Source: a virus. From it: a stretch of 64,000 bases of DNA. The notes under the pieces were generated by a model that did not search any database, had not been told where the DNA came from, and saw only the letters and a list, made by a program, of their open reading frames with translations. Position numbers and translations under genes: made by a program. Shown in pieces: positions 26,800 through 37,176 of this stretch (the first letter of the stretch is position 1; every line of letters starts with the position of its first letter). The stretch lies in IMG/VR virus record IMGVR_UViG_3300025132_000022, positions 57,519 through 121,518 of that record; one strand, written 5' to 3'.

Positions 26800-28044
26800 C
26801 TAATAGTCTAACCTTACTCTTAGCGTAAGTTCGTTTGTTGGATCCTTTCTAAGAGGTTCTGAAAGTTTCGCCGTTGCCATTAGTTCGTTGTCTGGTGAAT
26901 AAAGACCAATCGAAGTCACGTAAGAGACAGGCATGTCACTTGGGACGTCTTTTACCCTAATCTTGGAAGACTGGAGATAAGTTGGATTTGCACTGTAATT
27001 AAACTCGTTATGATTCGCTCTACAGAAGTAGACTGTTGAGTTAAGTTCTGTCGTGTTATTGAAAGACAGGTTGTGAATTCTTCTTCTAATATTATTAGCA
27101 ATGTGTTCAATCTTTGAACCCGTCAGCATTTGAGTAATACTCGCACTAAATGAAGTGTTAACCTGACTGTTGTGGCCTGAGAAGTGATCACCAGTTGAGT
27201 GCTCACCATTCATACTCATCGAGACTGTAGTTGAAAGTAAACCCGTATTTCCGTCGAGACCTGAGTCACCATCATGTCCCATGAAGACAGACGCAGTCAA
27301 AACTGCAACACCTGCTTGGTAGAAGATAAGTCCTGCATGCCCATCAACGGAAAGACTACCAGTGATTCTGTTACTGATGTCCTGCTCGTCGCTTTTCGAC
27401 CCAAAGGACGCGGAAAGAATACCATACTCACCTGCTGGTGAATTGATTCTATAATCATTTTGTGCATTCGTGTCTTTAAGTGTCAAAATGTTCACAAGTT
27501 GAGATCTCAACCCCTTCTTCTTCAAGACAGGATTTACACCAAGATCCAGTTGGAAACTACCTTTCTTTATTTCATCCTTAACAAGAAGTCTAGACAGGTT
27601 AATAAAAATAACTTCCTTCATCTTACCAAATGCATCTGCGGTATCCTTGGGATCCGAAACGTTACCGTCGTTGTCGAACAATCTAATGTTACCAGATGTA
27701 TCGTGACCCATAAGTACTTGAGCCATTTGATTGTACATGGAGATTTTCTTTTCCTGCTGTGCTCTTGCGACCGTTTTGACATTGCCAGATAAGGAACTTC
27801 TAGATGAATACCCAACAGAAATATCAAAAATATGATTAGCAGAGGAACTCAAGTAAGGATAGTCGTAGACTGATTGAAACATTCCGTGAGAATAGTTTTT
27901 AACATTCAACTCTGTCTTGAGTCCCAGGTCTCCACCGTGGTACGTTCCTGAGACAATCGCTCCAGTAATTGGTATCGCCTCATGAAGAAGAGTTTTAGTT
28001 GTTGTGATGTCGTTATTCAAAAATGTTTTAAATGTTGTAGCCAT
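26800..28044 (-). CDS. Baseplate/tail structural protein (tail-collar-like C-terminus)
   Basis: 'GLIFYQAG', 'YFCRA...EFNYS.NPT' and 'YVTSIGLY...ELMATAKLSEPLRK...LRVRLDY'. Confidence 0.65.
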   Translation of the reverse strand: MATTFKTFLNNDITTTKTLLHEAIPITGAIVSGTYHGGDLGLKTELNVKNYSHGMFQSVYDYPYLSSSANHIFDISVGYSSRSSLSGNVKTVARAQQEKKISMYNQMAQVLMGHDTSGNIRLFDNDGNVSDPKDTADAFGKMKEVIFINLSRLLVKDEIKKGSFQLDLGVNPVLKKKGLRSQLVNILTLKDTNAQNDYRINSPAGEYGILSASFGSKSDEQDISNRITGSLSVDGHAGLIFYQAGVAVLTASVFMGHDGDSGLDGNTGLLSTTVSMSMNGEHSTGDHFSGHNSQVNTSFSASITQMLTGSKIEHIANNIRRRIHNLSFNNTTELNSTVYFCRANHNEFNYSANPTYLQSSKIRVKDVPSDMPVSYVTSIGLYSPDNELMATAKLSEPLRKDPTNELTLRVRLDY

Positions 28045-28053
28045 GTTTTATCC

Positions 28054-29097
28054 TTACGCCTTCTTAGTATATCTAATCGGAATGTCAAGCGAAACACCCG
28101 TTGTTGCAGAAGTAATCTTAATGATTGTATCAATTATCTTAAATGACAATGCAGTGCCTTCAGAATCGGTAGATTTGAGACCTGCCTGATCTGCTCCACT
28201 TATGGTGCCACCAAGTTTGTCAAACAAGAAGCTAGACGACTTCAAATTGATGCTTGGTTCAATTTTAAAGTGTAGTATCGAATCTCTGGGTCCATTAATT
28301 CTGTGTATCGACAAATCGCCATCTACCGAACCTGCGTTAGTTGTTGGCAAACTGTCAACGACGACAGGTGCTTGATTAGTGTTCTTGGTGATGACAAGTG
28401 GACTACCTTGTCCAGATACCGTGTTCTCACTAATATAGTAAGACGCAACCTGGTCATCATCAATGAAAGATACTGGTACCTGATCTGCATTGGCAGATAC
28501 CAAAGACCCAAGTCGATGATCCATTTCAATGATAAATTGAGTTTCTTGCAAGGTTGCTGGCATGTTGACTGCTGGTGAAATTTCCGTAGTATCCAAACCT
28601 CGCTCAATCAGTATCGACTGATTAAATGATCTAAGTCTCTCGGACGTTCTTCCTCTGAGAATGCCATCATCGGTTGCGGAATCGGTGCTGAGTTGGTCTT
28701 CAGTGTTTTTATCCACTGTCACGAGATAACCACCAGTGGTAGTATTAATCTTACTAGCACTGAGCTTAGGTGATTGCAACGTCTTATTTGGATTTCCGCC
28801 ATTCATCAACCTCATTACAGGCAAATACAATATATTAGTTCTTGTGATGGTAATTAACTTGCTCTTCATCGTGGAAGTGTTATTTGTAAACGCTTCTAAC
28901 AAAGGAGTCCTTAAAACCTCCAGGTCGTAATATGCAGAACCACTGGGGTGATTCTTGTTATATAATGAATAATCAATCTCGTCGTCGCCGAGGGCAAACT
29001 TGGAAATTCTAAAATCCCCTCGTGCCATTCTAAAGCGACCTGTGTCTGTCAATACGGCGTCTAAGATTATATCGCCAGAATTATCAAGAAATGCCAT
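28054..29097 (-). CDS. Baseplate/tail structural protein
   Basis: N-terminal 'FLDNS...DAVLT..GR..MARG.F.ISKFALGDDEIDY.LY', a motif typical of large-myophage baseplate regions. GAGGAG SD. Confidence 0.65.
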   Translation of the reverse strand: MAFLDNSGDIILDAVLTDTGRFRMARGDFRISKFALGDDEIDYSLYNKNHPSGSAYYDLEVLRTPLLEAFTNNTSTMKSKLITITRTNILYLPVMRLMNGGNPNKTLQSPKLSASKINTTTGGYLVTVDKNTEDQLSTDSATDDGILRGRTSERLRSFNQSILIERGLDTTEISPAVNMPATLQETQFIIEMDHRLGSLVSANADQVPVSFIDDDQVASYYISENTVSGQGSPLVITKNTNQAPVVVDSLPTTNAGSVDGDLSIHRINGPRDSILHFKIEPSINLKSSSFLFDKLGGTISGADQAGLKSTDSEGTALSFKIIDTIIKITSATTGVSLDIPIRYTKKA

Positions 29098-29124
29098 GTA
29101 CTAAAACTCCTCAAACTTCACATC

Positions 29125-29132
29125 TAAATAGA
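29125..29132 (-). promoter_or_regulatory. TCTATTTA motif variant (candidate late promoter)
   Basis: Intergenic, about 28 nt upstream of the ATG at 29097. Confidence 0.45.
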
Positions 29133-29134
29133 TT

Positions 29135-32100
29135 TTAACATATTAAATTCACTTTTTTATTTTCTTGATCTTCTGTGAGTTTAACATTAAAAGTTACATC
29201 TATGTCTACTTCTTTTCCTGTGTCCTTACTTCTAACTCTTATTTTAAACTTTTTCTTCCAAAGTTTTTCTTGTAAATTGGGTCCAATCAGACTAAGTGAA
29301 TCCAATCCTTGCTTAAATTCTGAAAACTGTCCGCTGCCTAAATTTAACGTTCTTTGTTCAAAATTAGGTTTTAACATTATGAATTGTCTCATTTCAGCGG
29401 CAGATTGTTCTTTTTCTAACCTTGCCGCCTCAAGGTCAGCAGCATTCACAATTTTGTGAGACAGTCGCACGGCGTCATTTACCTTCACCAATTCAACTTC
29501 ATGTATGTGCCCTGGGTTTGAAATTTTACCATGTATATCCCTGCACCTAAATAAGTAATAATATTTAACGTTTGGCGAAATTGCATCGGTGATTGTCGCA
29601 TTGTCTGCTGTGGAATTTATCGTCTTTATATTCTGGTCAAAGAAATCTTGCAAAGATTCAGGATATCGAGACAGTCTGAAGATTTCAAATATCTTTGTTG
29701 GGTCGTCTGACCTATGTTGAATCAACATTGCGTTTGCTGGATCATTTACTATTTGATTTTCTATAGACGTTAGATCAAAATCTTCTTCAGTGTCTATAAG
29801 ACCTTGATTTAGCGCTGCCAAGGCATACATTTCGGTATCTGAATCTAGTAAAATAACTGGAGGCGCTCTGTACTCTCCTCCGTTTTGTCTTAGTGTAATA
29901 GATATTCTGTTGTCCACGTTCTTGAATGGTACTATTTCTACATCTGGAAAAACTGGTGGAGAGTCTATAACCACTGTTCTTTTTTGCGTTGTCGGTACTA
30001 GGCATATCTTCAGACATGGCAAGTTCCTTATGCCAAAAGGCATGTCGAACTTTCCAGTAGGAGATAATTTTTCGGATGAGACAGCAAACGCTCTGGCAAA
30101 GTTACCCACACAGTTGTGGTACGTATACTTGTTTCCAACAATGGCAACAATTCTGTTTATTCTGTACTCATATACCTGACCGTACTTAACCTGACTATCA
30201 ACGAATCTTTCTACTTCCCTGTCATTGTTCGCCATTATGTAGAAGTTTGATATCAATTCGCTTCCCTTATACTTTTCGATCATAAATCCCAAAAGTTCGT
30301 TCTTGGCGGGAACTCCATTCAGGACTTGGTCATAACTTCTCACTGAGTTATTGACAAAATTAGTTATCTGCATTTTCATCTTCAGTAACCGAAATATTAG
30401 TGAAAATTTCTCTATAGGACTCATACTTGGTCTGTTTGTCATCCTTTCAAAGAACGGGGCCCACCAATCAGAAAAGTCTATCATCCTTGTCGGCATTGGA
30501 ATCGTGTCAGAATGTGTTATGAGATTCTGTGGAACAACTTCAGCAGTCTGATTGAGGGAAGTTTGAACTGCCTGGTCTATGTAACTCGCTGGTGTGGTGT
30601 CCATTGTTCTCTCTGGTGCTTGTGATATTGCTTCCATTAAGTCTATCAAGATCGACTTGTCTCCATCGTGCGAGAGGGCGGTTGCAATTGTTGATCGTTT
30701 TATCTTGCCAAATTCCATTTCGACAAACATCGGATTCATGTACCTTTGCTCGTAAAGGTCGTCCAAAGTCTGTCTTGGTATCGATGACAGCAAGATGTTC
30801 TTGTCTTTGTTGTCAGGTATGAGTCCGTAATAATCTGCCATATGCACAGCAAACGCCCGTGCAGATTCGTCCGTGCCGTCTGACATCTGCTGTATTAGTC
30901 TAAACTGCTCATTTTGAACTTCCACATCAGATGCCTCACTGGGCGTAATGTCAGACAGGGATGATAGATTGTAGAACCTATCGGCAGCAAGCAGTCTCGC
31001 AAACCTTAAATCATCAAAATCCTCTGGCAGGAATGTTGACAACCCCTCCTTTCTTGAATTTGATAAAGCCTTCGCCAAGGTCGTTCCCTGGTACGGTGAC
31101 GGTAGTTCTAGTTCGGACACCACATCAGAAATCACATCCTCGTACAAGCAGTCGTAATAAGAATATACTGGTCTTATGTCAAAATACGCATCACTGCCCA
31201 CATCAACAAAGTCTGACTCTTCCTTTGTCAGCAAATCTGTCACATTTGCAGTATAGTCAGAGAAAACAGTATTACCAGTGTACACAACGCCGCTAGATAT
31301 TGCGACGGACATCGGGTCTGTAGACGACTCTTCAGAGAAGTTTTTAGTTCCGTAAAAAGGAATTACAGGAAAAAGGTTGAGACTCTTGCCGTCGGCAATT
31401 GATCTGTATGATGGTGATGTATATATGTTTCTCCAGTGTAGCGGGTTTCCTTGCGTTGCTGCTAGGCGTCGGGCGTTTTCTATGAAAAGGGAATTAGCGC
31501 TGTTTCTCATAATTCCCATGTCCTCTAAGATCTGTTCTGAAACATGTCCGTAAAAATAGTCTGACCACACCCAATCTTTGTTTGATGATTTCTCACACTC
31601 TATAACATAAACTTCGTTCTTTACCTTAAACCCTAGACTATTTTCCAACATCGGATTCGTCTGTGCTTCTTCGTAGAATTGCCAGTTTGAGGTGTCTGAC
31701 GAAAATTGAGCATAAGGTTTCTCTTCACTGACCAGACTAAAATACGCTCTCTTCGCTGCATCAAAGTGAAACATCCCCCACCTTAACTTATTTCCGAACC
31801 CTGGCCTGCTATTAATAAAATATAGATCTGCACCCCTTGAGGCGTGATATGCTTTCACATCCTGAATGCTTCTATAATCCTTCGGCCCTTCCAAGTGACC
31901 TGCATTAAACCACACCTTATCAGACACCCAACGAACATTGTCCTGTATGTCCAGTGTCTCTTTTTGTTGGTTTAAAATCTTGGGAACGTTGGACGGAAAT
32001 CGGTAAGGTGTTGCAATCGGCGTGAAGGCCAACAATTCTTTAGGTTTTGCCTTAAACTTTTGTGTCTCCCTATCAACGTTGTCTGTACCTTCGCCAGTTA

Positions 32101-32494
32101 TTGTGCCGTTATGAAAAATCCATGTGCTCTTCTCAGCAGAAAAAAGATTTGTCACAACTGGCGTTAGAGTTATATCATCTTCCAGGAGAATGTCTGTTCC
32201 AGGTAACCCTGGTCTTATGTCTTCGTTCACTTTCTTGGCGATGTTGTAGGCGGCCGCGGCGCGTAACTGTCCGCCGAAACCAAGTTCCTCTGCGGTCTCT
32301 GCCACAAATCTAACCTGCTCTTCCATATTGACCTGCATGCCGCCCTGGGTTATATTGGGTTCTGCGGAACCTGCTAATAAATTTCCTCCAGGTAAGGATG
32401 ATGGAATTCCAGGAATTTGGAATTCAGGAGAAACTTCGTCTTCTTCCTCTTCTTCCTCAATCTGTTCTCTGATGTCACACGTCTCTTCTACCAT
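29135..32494 (-). CDS. Large virion protein with C-terminal FN3/Ig-like domains
   Basis: 1119 aa with FN3-like strands 'FVDSQVKYGQVYEY', 'FEIFRL' and 'D.ISPNVKYYYLFRCRD.HG.ISNP'. Confidence 0.6.
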   Translation of the reverse strand: MVEETCDIREQIEEEEEEDEVSPEFQIPGIPSSLPGGNLLAGSAEPNITQGGMQVNMEEQVRFVAETAEELGFGGQLRAAAAYNIAKKVNEDIRPGLPGTDILLEDDITLTPVVTNLFSAEKSTWIFHNGTITGEGTDNVDRETQKFKAKPKELLAFTPIATPYRFPSNVPKILNQQKETLDIQDNVRWVSDKVWFNAGHLEGPKDYRSIQDVKAYHASRGADLYFINSRPGFGNKLRWGMFHFDAAKRAYFSLVSEEKPYAQFSSDTSNWQFYEEAQTNPMLENSLGFKVKNEVYVIECEKSSNKDWVWSDYFYGHVSEQILEDMGIMRNSANSLFIENARRLAATQGNPLHWRNIYTSPSYRSIADGKSLNLFPVIPFYGTKNFSEESSTDPMSVAISSGVVYTGNTVFSDYTANVTDLLTKEESDFVDVGSDAYFDIRPVYSYYDCLYEDVISDVVSELELPSPYQGTTLAKALSNSRKEGLSTFLPEDFDDLRFARLLAADRFYNLSSLSDITPSEASDVEVQNEQFRLIQQMSDGTDESARAFAVHMADYYGLIPDNKDKNILLSSIPRQTLDDLYEQRYMNPMFVEMEFGKIKRSTIATALSHDGDKSILIDLMEAISQAPERTMDTTPASYIDQAVQTSLNQTAEVVPQNLITHSDTIPMPTRMIDFSDWWAPFFERMTNRPSMSPIEKFSLIFRLLKMKMQITNFVNNSVRSYDQVLNGVPAKNELLGFMIEKYKGSELISNFYIMANNDREVERFVDSQVKYGQVYEYRINRIVAIVGNKYTYHNCVGNFARAFAVSSEKLSPTGKFDMPFGIRNLPCLKICLVPTTQKRTVVIDSPPVFPDVEIVPFKNVDNRISITLRQNGGEYRAPPVILLDSDTEMYALAALNQGLIDTEEDFDLTSIENQIVNDPANAMLIQHRSDDPTKIFEIFRLSRYPESLQDFFDQNIKTINSTADNATITDAISPNVKYYYLFRCRDIHGKISNPGHIHEVELVKVNDAVRLSHKIVNAADLEAARLEKEQSAAEMRQFIMLKPNFEQRTLNLGSGQFSEFKQGLDSLSLIGPNLQEKLWKKKFKIRVRSKDTGKEVDIDVTFNVKLTEDQENKKVNLIC

Positions 32495-32525
32495 ATCTTA
32501 AGTATACCTCACAAACTTTTAATTT

Positions 32526-35500
32526 TTAATAACCATAACCACCCAGTCTGGGCCCGCTGCTTCCCGATCGTCCCATGTTGGGTGTTCGTCCACGACTACG
32601 TGATGAACTCCGTGACGCACTTGAGGTTCTAGGTGCCGCTCTAAAGTTACCCATACTAGTGGAGGCACTTGCCCTGGTCGTACCTACTCTACTTGTACTT
32701 GTTCTACTTGTACTTGTTCTACCCGTGCTTCTAGATCCGCGCGTGAGATTCTTTCGACCCGATGATTGTACAGACTTCTTAGTTCTGTTTGTTCGAGTGG
32801 ACGTTCGCGTTGTCGTGTTTCTACTACCACCAAGAGGACCCGTTCCACCTAATCCGCTGCCCATTCCGCCTAGTCCAGCACCAACAGCGCTCTTCACAGC
32901 ACCTATGGCGGGCGACACTGGAAAACTAGTTAACACCTTGCTCATGGGTCCTGGAAAAGAGGATGGAAATTTTGGAAATTTCTGAATCTGTGGTATTTGT
33001 GTCGGCAATGACGGGAAAGAACTAGTAAACACTCTTCCAGATTCTGCAAAAATTGCACCAGCAGGAAAGTTTGGCAAAGTTACTTGTGGTAACTGAGGTA
33101 TCCTAATTGGCGGCAGTGGTTGGATGTCATTAAACAACCCTGGGTAGAGCCCCTCTTCTCTAATAAATCTGTTATCTTCGTTGCTGATCTCATTACCAGT
33201 TGGTCTGTTGTCGACAATTCCACAAGTTGCAATGTTGGAACTTACAAATTCCTCAATATTCAAGTCAGATAAGGAAGTCTCGGCGCGTAGAAGATCTTCG
33301 ATCGAGTTGGAGTACTGAAATGCGCCATCTAGCATCTCTTCTGTTATCGAACTTAGAAAACTAAAATACCCAGGAAAAGATGAACCTCGCGATTGAGAAG
33401 AGGCAGGAGTTACAGGTTCCGCGTTTACCGCACCGAGGACAGAATTTGTTGCTTGTGGTCCATTTCTAATGTTCATCAGGTTCAGTTCTTGAACGAAATT
33501 ACTTATCAACTTTCCATCGCTTGGCGTAGCTAGGATAAACCTCTTCAACTTGTATCTTCTTTTAAACGGTTTTTTCTTTCGTTTATTTCCTTTTCTCTTT
33601 TGCTCGTGGTATGCCTTTATCTTACCCTGACGCTCAAGGTCTTCCGCCTTCTGGCGGGCACGGCGGGCAGATTCCTCCCTTTTCATTTCTTTTTCATCAA
33701 AAAATACCTCATCGTCGCCAATGATAATTGATAACGGAGTCATCCTTGCCGTTGCTGCTTCAATCGCTGCACCAGGGAACCTGCTTCTTTCGAGTGCCAA
33801 CCTGTCTCGATATACTTGATCTGATATCCGTGGTATACCCAGTCCTTTTTGTAGGTCGCCGTCTCTCCAGTACCTAAAGAACACGCGTTGAAGTGGACTC
33901 ATGTCGATATAATTGTCACTCTCTGTTGGAGATCCATCTTCATTTTCGTCTACGCCCGAAAACCACCTTTGCATAGTCAAAGTATTATCGCCTCTTGCCT
34001 TGTATCCACTACCTTCAGTACTTAATGAGTAAGTGTACCCAATGTCAAAATAATCCTCCAGATCCATAACCAGGTCTTGGTATGTTTTTATAAAAGACCT
34101 TATCGTCTCAGGGCGGGCATTTGACGGATTAATCATGTTGTAAAGTGATTCGGCTGCTGAAGTCATGGTCATCGACTCTTGAGACATCAGCAAATCTAAT
34201 GGAGTTGCTCTGATGCCAGCGGCATTACCTTCATTGACCATACCTCTTTCGCCATCATTACCCTGAACTGGGTTAGAGTAGTTATATAAACTGACTTCAG
34301 ACTTCGCAAACGCTATCTCAATTATATCAATGTAATTGTCAACAAAACCTTGTAATCCATACTTTCTCTTTGACTTTGTAACAAAATCCTTAGTGAAGGT
34401 GTTGGTTACTGCATCGTAGTTTCCTTGCTGGACCGACTCGCCATACTGTGGCGGATCTCTGACATCATCTAAACTTATCGGTTGATTTGGATCAGGTTTT
34501 ATTATCATCCTTGAATCAAAAACTGGGATTGATGCTTCCTGTAGGTACAAGTTCAACTGTTGCAAATTCCTTCTTGCGACTTGCAGCAAGTTTATAAATC
34601 GATCCTTTGTGGGATCCTTCACCCTCAACTTGACCCCATATTGAAATACCGCACCTGTTCCCAAGTAATCAGCAACCTCCCTGTCTTCAACAAAAAATCT
34701 TCTCTTTATGATCCCTGCAAAACCAGGGACCTGCACTTCCATTATCTTCGAATCGCCATCCTCTTTTGTTGCAACTTTTCTGTTGCCGCCCAATGAGATC
34801 GAGGCGTTTTGACCGCTGGTGGCGACTATAAAATCCTCCTCCTCAACTTGATCAAAAGGGATTCTAGTGAGAGATCCCAACCTGTTGTTACCCAGCAACC
34901 TTTTCGTAACTCTCCTTCTCACAACTGTAATTTCCAGAATATCCAAAAGCGCAGGATATCCAAACATAATATTCGCCTGGTTAGACTTGACCAGATCATA
35001 ATATCTGGTATGCTCATAAATGGACGGTAGATCAATTGTGAACTCGATGTTTGCAACCTTTTCCATCCTATCGAAATCTACTACAACGTCCTCAACATCA
35101 AAAAAGTCTTTATTCGACTTTTCAATCAAGTCCAGAGAAGGTATCGAACTGTCAAAGGTTTGCAGAGATGGAGGTTGATAGTTTGTTTCCTGTAGTCTTT
35201 GGAACGATCTAAAGTCCTGTATCTTAGTTAACGGAACTTGGCGTGATATCAATGACCGACTGTTATCCTTGTGCATTAGACCCGTCATTATACTTCCGTC
35301 ACCCATGGTGTGGACGGGTCCATAGTACGGTTGATTTGTTATTGCATCCTTGTACACCAAGGCAGTGGACTCCACAAGTCCGTCTCTAGTTATCGTGTCC
35401 GCCACAAGGTCGCCTGTTACATACCCCAACCTTCTAATCTCGTCAGGTGTAATTTCATCCAAACTAAGGGATTCAAAATCAAAATATGTAAAACAGACCA

Positions 35501-36116
35501 AGGACAAATCCTTGCACATACCGAACTCTTCGGTCTCTACCTTAAATGTATGAGCGTACGGTATGACGTTTATGAGATTGTTATTAAGGTCATATTCTTG
35601 ATACTGTGAATTTCTGACTTCAAACCCTATGGTTTCTGGTCTTGCATCCTTTATCTCAAGAAGTACCCTGTTCTCTTCGCGATTCAAGTTTTGTACTGCC
35701 TGTTTTAAGTATTGCTCAAACGATGGCATCGTAGACGGAAGATTTACTCGCCATCCGAAGGCACTAAAATTTCTTATCGTATTGAACACAGTCTCAAAAA
35801 CAGAATTATCGCTAAAAAGCATTACAGCAATTTTAAGAGATGATAGCACCTCATCTTGCACCTGGTTCGCATCTTCTTCTGGATTTTGATTGTTTGTGAT
35901 AACACCAAGTCCTTCTTCCGAAAGCACATCCTTAATTTGAAAATCAACAGTTATTGCGGTGCCTGGTGCTTTAACCTTTCGTAACACCCTCCTTCTGCGG
36001 GTATTCCTAAATTCTAACTTAGAAATTTGAGTGTCCTCTAAGGTAATTCTACGAGTATAAACTTTTGGTAAAAATTGACCTACAATGTCATCTGAATTCT
36101 TAAACCGCTCAGTCAT
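32526..36116 (-). CDS. Large hypothetical virion protein with Pro-rich and Arg/Ser/Thr-rich C-terminal tail
   Basis: About 1200-aa ORF. The ATG at 36116 has a GGAG SD (track start 36137). The low-complexity tail ends GGYGY. Confidence 0.7.
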   Translation of the reverse strand: MTERFKNSDDIVGQFLPKVYTRRITLEDTQISKLEFRNTRRRRVLRKVKAPGTAITVDFQIKDVLSEEGLGVITNNQNPEEDANQVQDEVLSSLKIAVMLFSDNSVFETVFNTIRNFSAFGWRVNLPSTMPSFEQYLKQAVQNLNREENRVLLEIKDARPETIGFEVRNSQYQEYDLNNNLINVIPYAHTFKVETEEFGMCKDLSLVCFTYFDFESLSLDEITPDEIRRLGYVTGDLVADTITRDGLVESTALVYKDAITNQPYYGPVHTMGDGSIMTGLMHKDNSRSLISRQVPLTKIQDFRSFQRLQETNYQPPSLQTFDSSIPSLDLIEKSNKDFFDVEDVVVDFDRMEKVANIEFTIDLPSIYEHTRYYDLVKSNQANIMFGYPALLDILEITVVRRRVTKRLLGNNRLGSLTRIPFDQVEEEDFIVATSGQNASISLGGNRKVATKEDGDSKIMEVQVPGFAGIIKRRFFVEDREVADYLGTGAVFQYGVKLRVKDPTKDRFINLLQVARRNLQQLNLYLQEASIPVFDSRMIIKPDPNQPISLDDVRDPPQYGESVQQGNYDAVTNTFTKDFVTKSKRKYGLQGFVDNYIDIIEIAFAKSEVSLYNYSNPVQGNDGERGMVNEGNAAGIRATPLDLLMSQESMTMTSAAESLYNMINPSNARPETIRSFIKTYQDLVMDLEDYFDIGYTYSLSTEGSGYKARGDNTLTMQRWFSGVDENEDGSPTESDNYIDMSPLQRVFFRYWRDGDLQKGLGIPRISDQVYRDRLALERSRFPGAAIEAATARMTPLSIIIGDDEVFFDEKEMKREESARRARQKAEDLERQGKIKAYHEQKRKGNKRKKKPFKRRYKLKRFILATPSDGKLISNFVQELNLMNIRNGPQATNSVLGAVNAEPVTPASSQSRGSSFPGYFSFLSSITEEMLDGAFQYSNSIEDLLRAETSLSDLNIEEFVSSNIATCGIVDNRPTGNEISNEDNRFIREEGLYPGLFNDIQPLPPIRIPQLPQVTLPNFPAGAIFAESGRVFTSSFPSLPTQIPQIQKFPKFPSSFPGPMSKVLTSFPVSPAIGAVKSAVGAGLGGMGSGLGGTGPLGGSRNTTTRTSTRTNRTKKSVQSSGRKNLTRGSRSTGRTSTSRTSTSRVGTTRASASTSMGNFRAAPRTSSASRSSSRSRGRTPNMGRSGSSGPRLGGYGY
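32688..32722. repeat. 15-nt tandem repeat (tctacttgtacttgt x2.3) encoding RTSTS
   Basis: Direct repeat visible in the sequence, in frame within the low-complexity tail. Confidence 0.8.
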
Positions 36117-37167
36117 CACACGCTCCCATGACGTCATCTATTGAAAGTACTGGGATATCTTCACCACCCCTGTCCTGATTTCGTCGTGCACTGATGGCGG
36201 ATCTCATCTGGTTCTTAAGTTTAGTTGGATTCAGACCGCCAAATCCAACCTCGTATTCTTCGGCAATTTCCTCGTCTATAAGGAAGTCGAAATAGTCTTC
36301 AATATATTCTCTAGAGGCCACTTGAGAACTATTTCTGTTTGTATAAATTCTCTTTAGCGACTCCACCTCTTCACTGCCGCTTTTGGTTTTCACCTCTTTC
36401 AATTCCACCTCAAAGAACTCAACTTCAAAATTCTGCTTCTTATAATCAACGGCTCGCTCAATCATACTTATGATTAATCCACTGTCCTCGACTTCAAGTC
36501 TCATATGGTCAGTGAAAGTTATCTCGTTTTCGATCCCACTAAAAGCGGCCGCGAAGTCATCGCTAGTGAAACCATAATCTGGATCTTCTGTTGATAGCGG
36601 TTTTGCGTTGAGTTTGTAATCGACCTCCACATTCAGCACTGGTCTCTTTATACCAACATTTGGTGAAGACGAACTTATGTTAACTGATTTTATCTCCCCG
36701 TCCAGAATACTCTCTATATCCCAAGATGGTGCGGACTGTTCACCCACTACAGAATTACCTATCATATTTCTAAGTAAGTTTCTATCGTCAGCGCCCATCT
36801 TTTCCACAGTCAAATGATCACTGCCGTAAATGTCTCCCGCTGGAAGTTCCTCAATTCTGCCTGTTTTTCTAGCTTGCCACCCCAATCCTCTTTTTTTAAC
36901 TATCTCATGTCCATTCAAGGCAAGAACTCTTGACTCCACGCCATCATGTTCGTACATTGTCTTGAATCTTTGAGTGTCTTTCTGTATTCTGTTCGATGTC
37001 TGCTTGCCTTTTTCTGGACTACCGTCTGCATATTCTACATTGTATAATATTTCATCATCCGAAAAAACATAAAAAACTGGTTTGAACCTACCTTTTGATA
37101 GAAGATATTTGCCCAACTGAGTCAACTCGATATCAATAACTTCTTCTTTCTTATTAAAAAACGACAT
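36109..37167 (-). CDS. Baseplate/tail structural protein
   Basis: N-terminus 'FFNKKEEVIDIELT..GK.LLSKG.F...FYVFSDDEILY' resembles that of 28054..29097. Confidence 0.65.
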   Translation of the reverse strand: MSFFNKKEEVIDIELTQLGKYLLSKGRFKPVFYVFSDDEILYNVEYADGSPEKGKQTSNRIQKDTQRFKTMYEHDGVESRVLALNGHEIVKKRGLGWQARKTGRIEELPAGDIYGSDHLTVEKMGADDRNLLRNMIGNSVVGEQSAPSWDIESILDGEIKSVNISSSSPNVGIKRPVLNVEVDYKLNAKPLSTEDPDYGFTSDDFAAAFSGIENEITFTDHMRLEVEDSGLIISMIERAVDYKKQNFEVEFFEVELKEVKTKSGSEEVESLKRIYTNRNSSQVASREYIEDYFDFLIDEEIAEEYEVGFGGLNPTKLKNQMRSAISARRNQDRGGEDIPVLSIDDVMGACDD

Positions 37168-37176
37168 TCACTTTCC

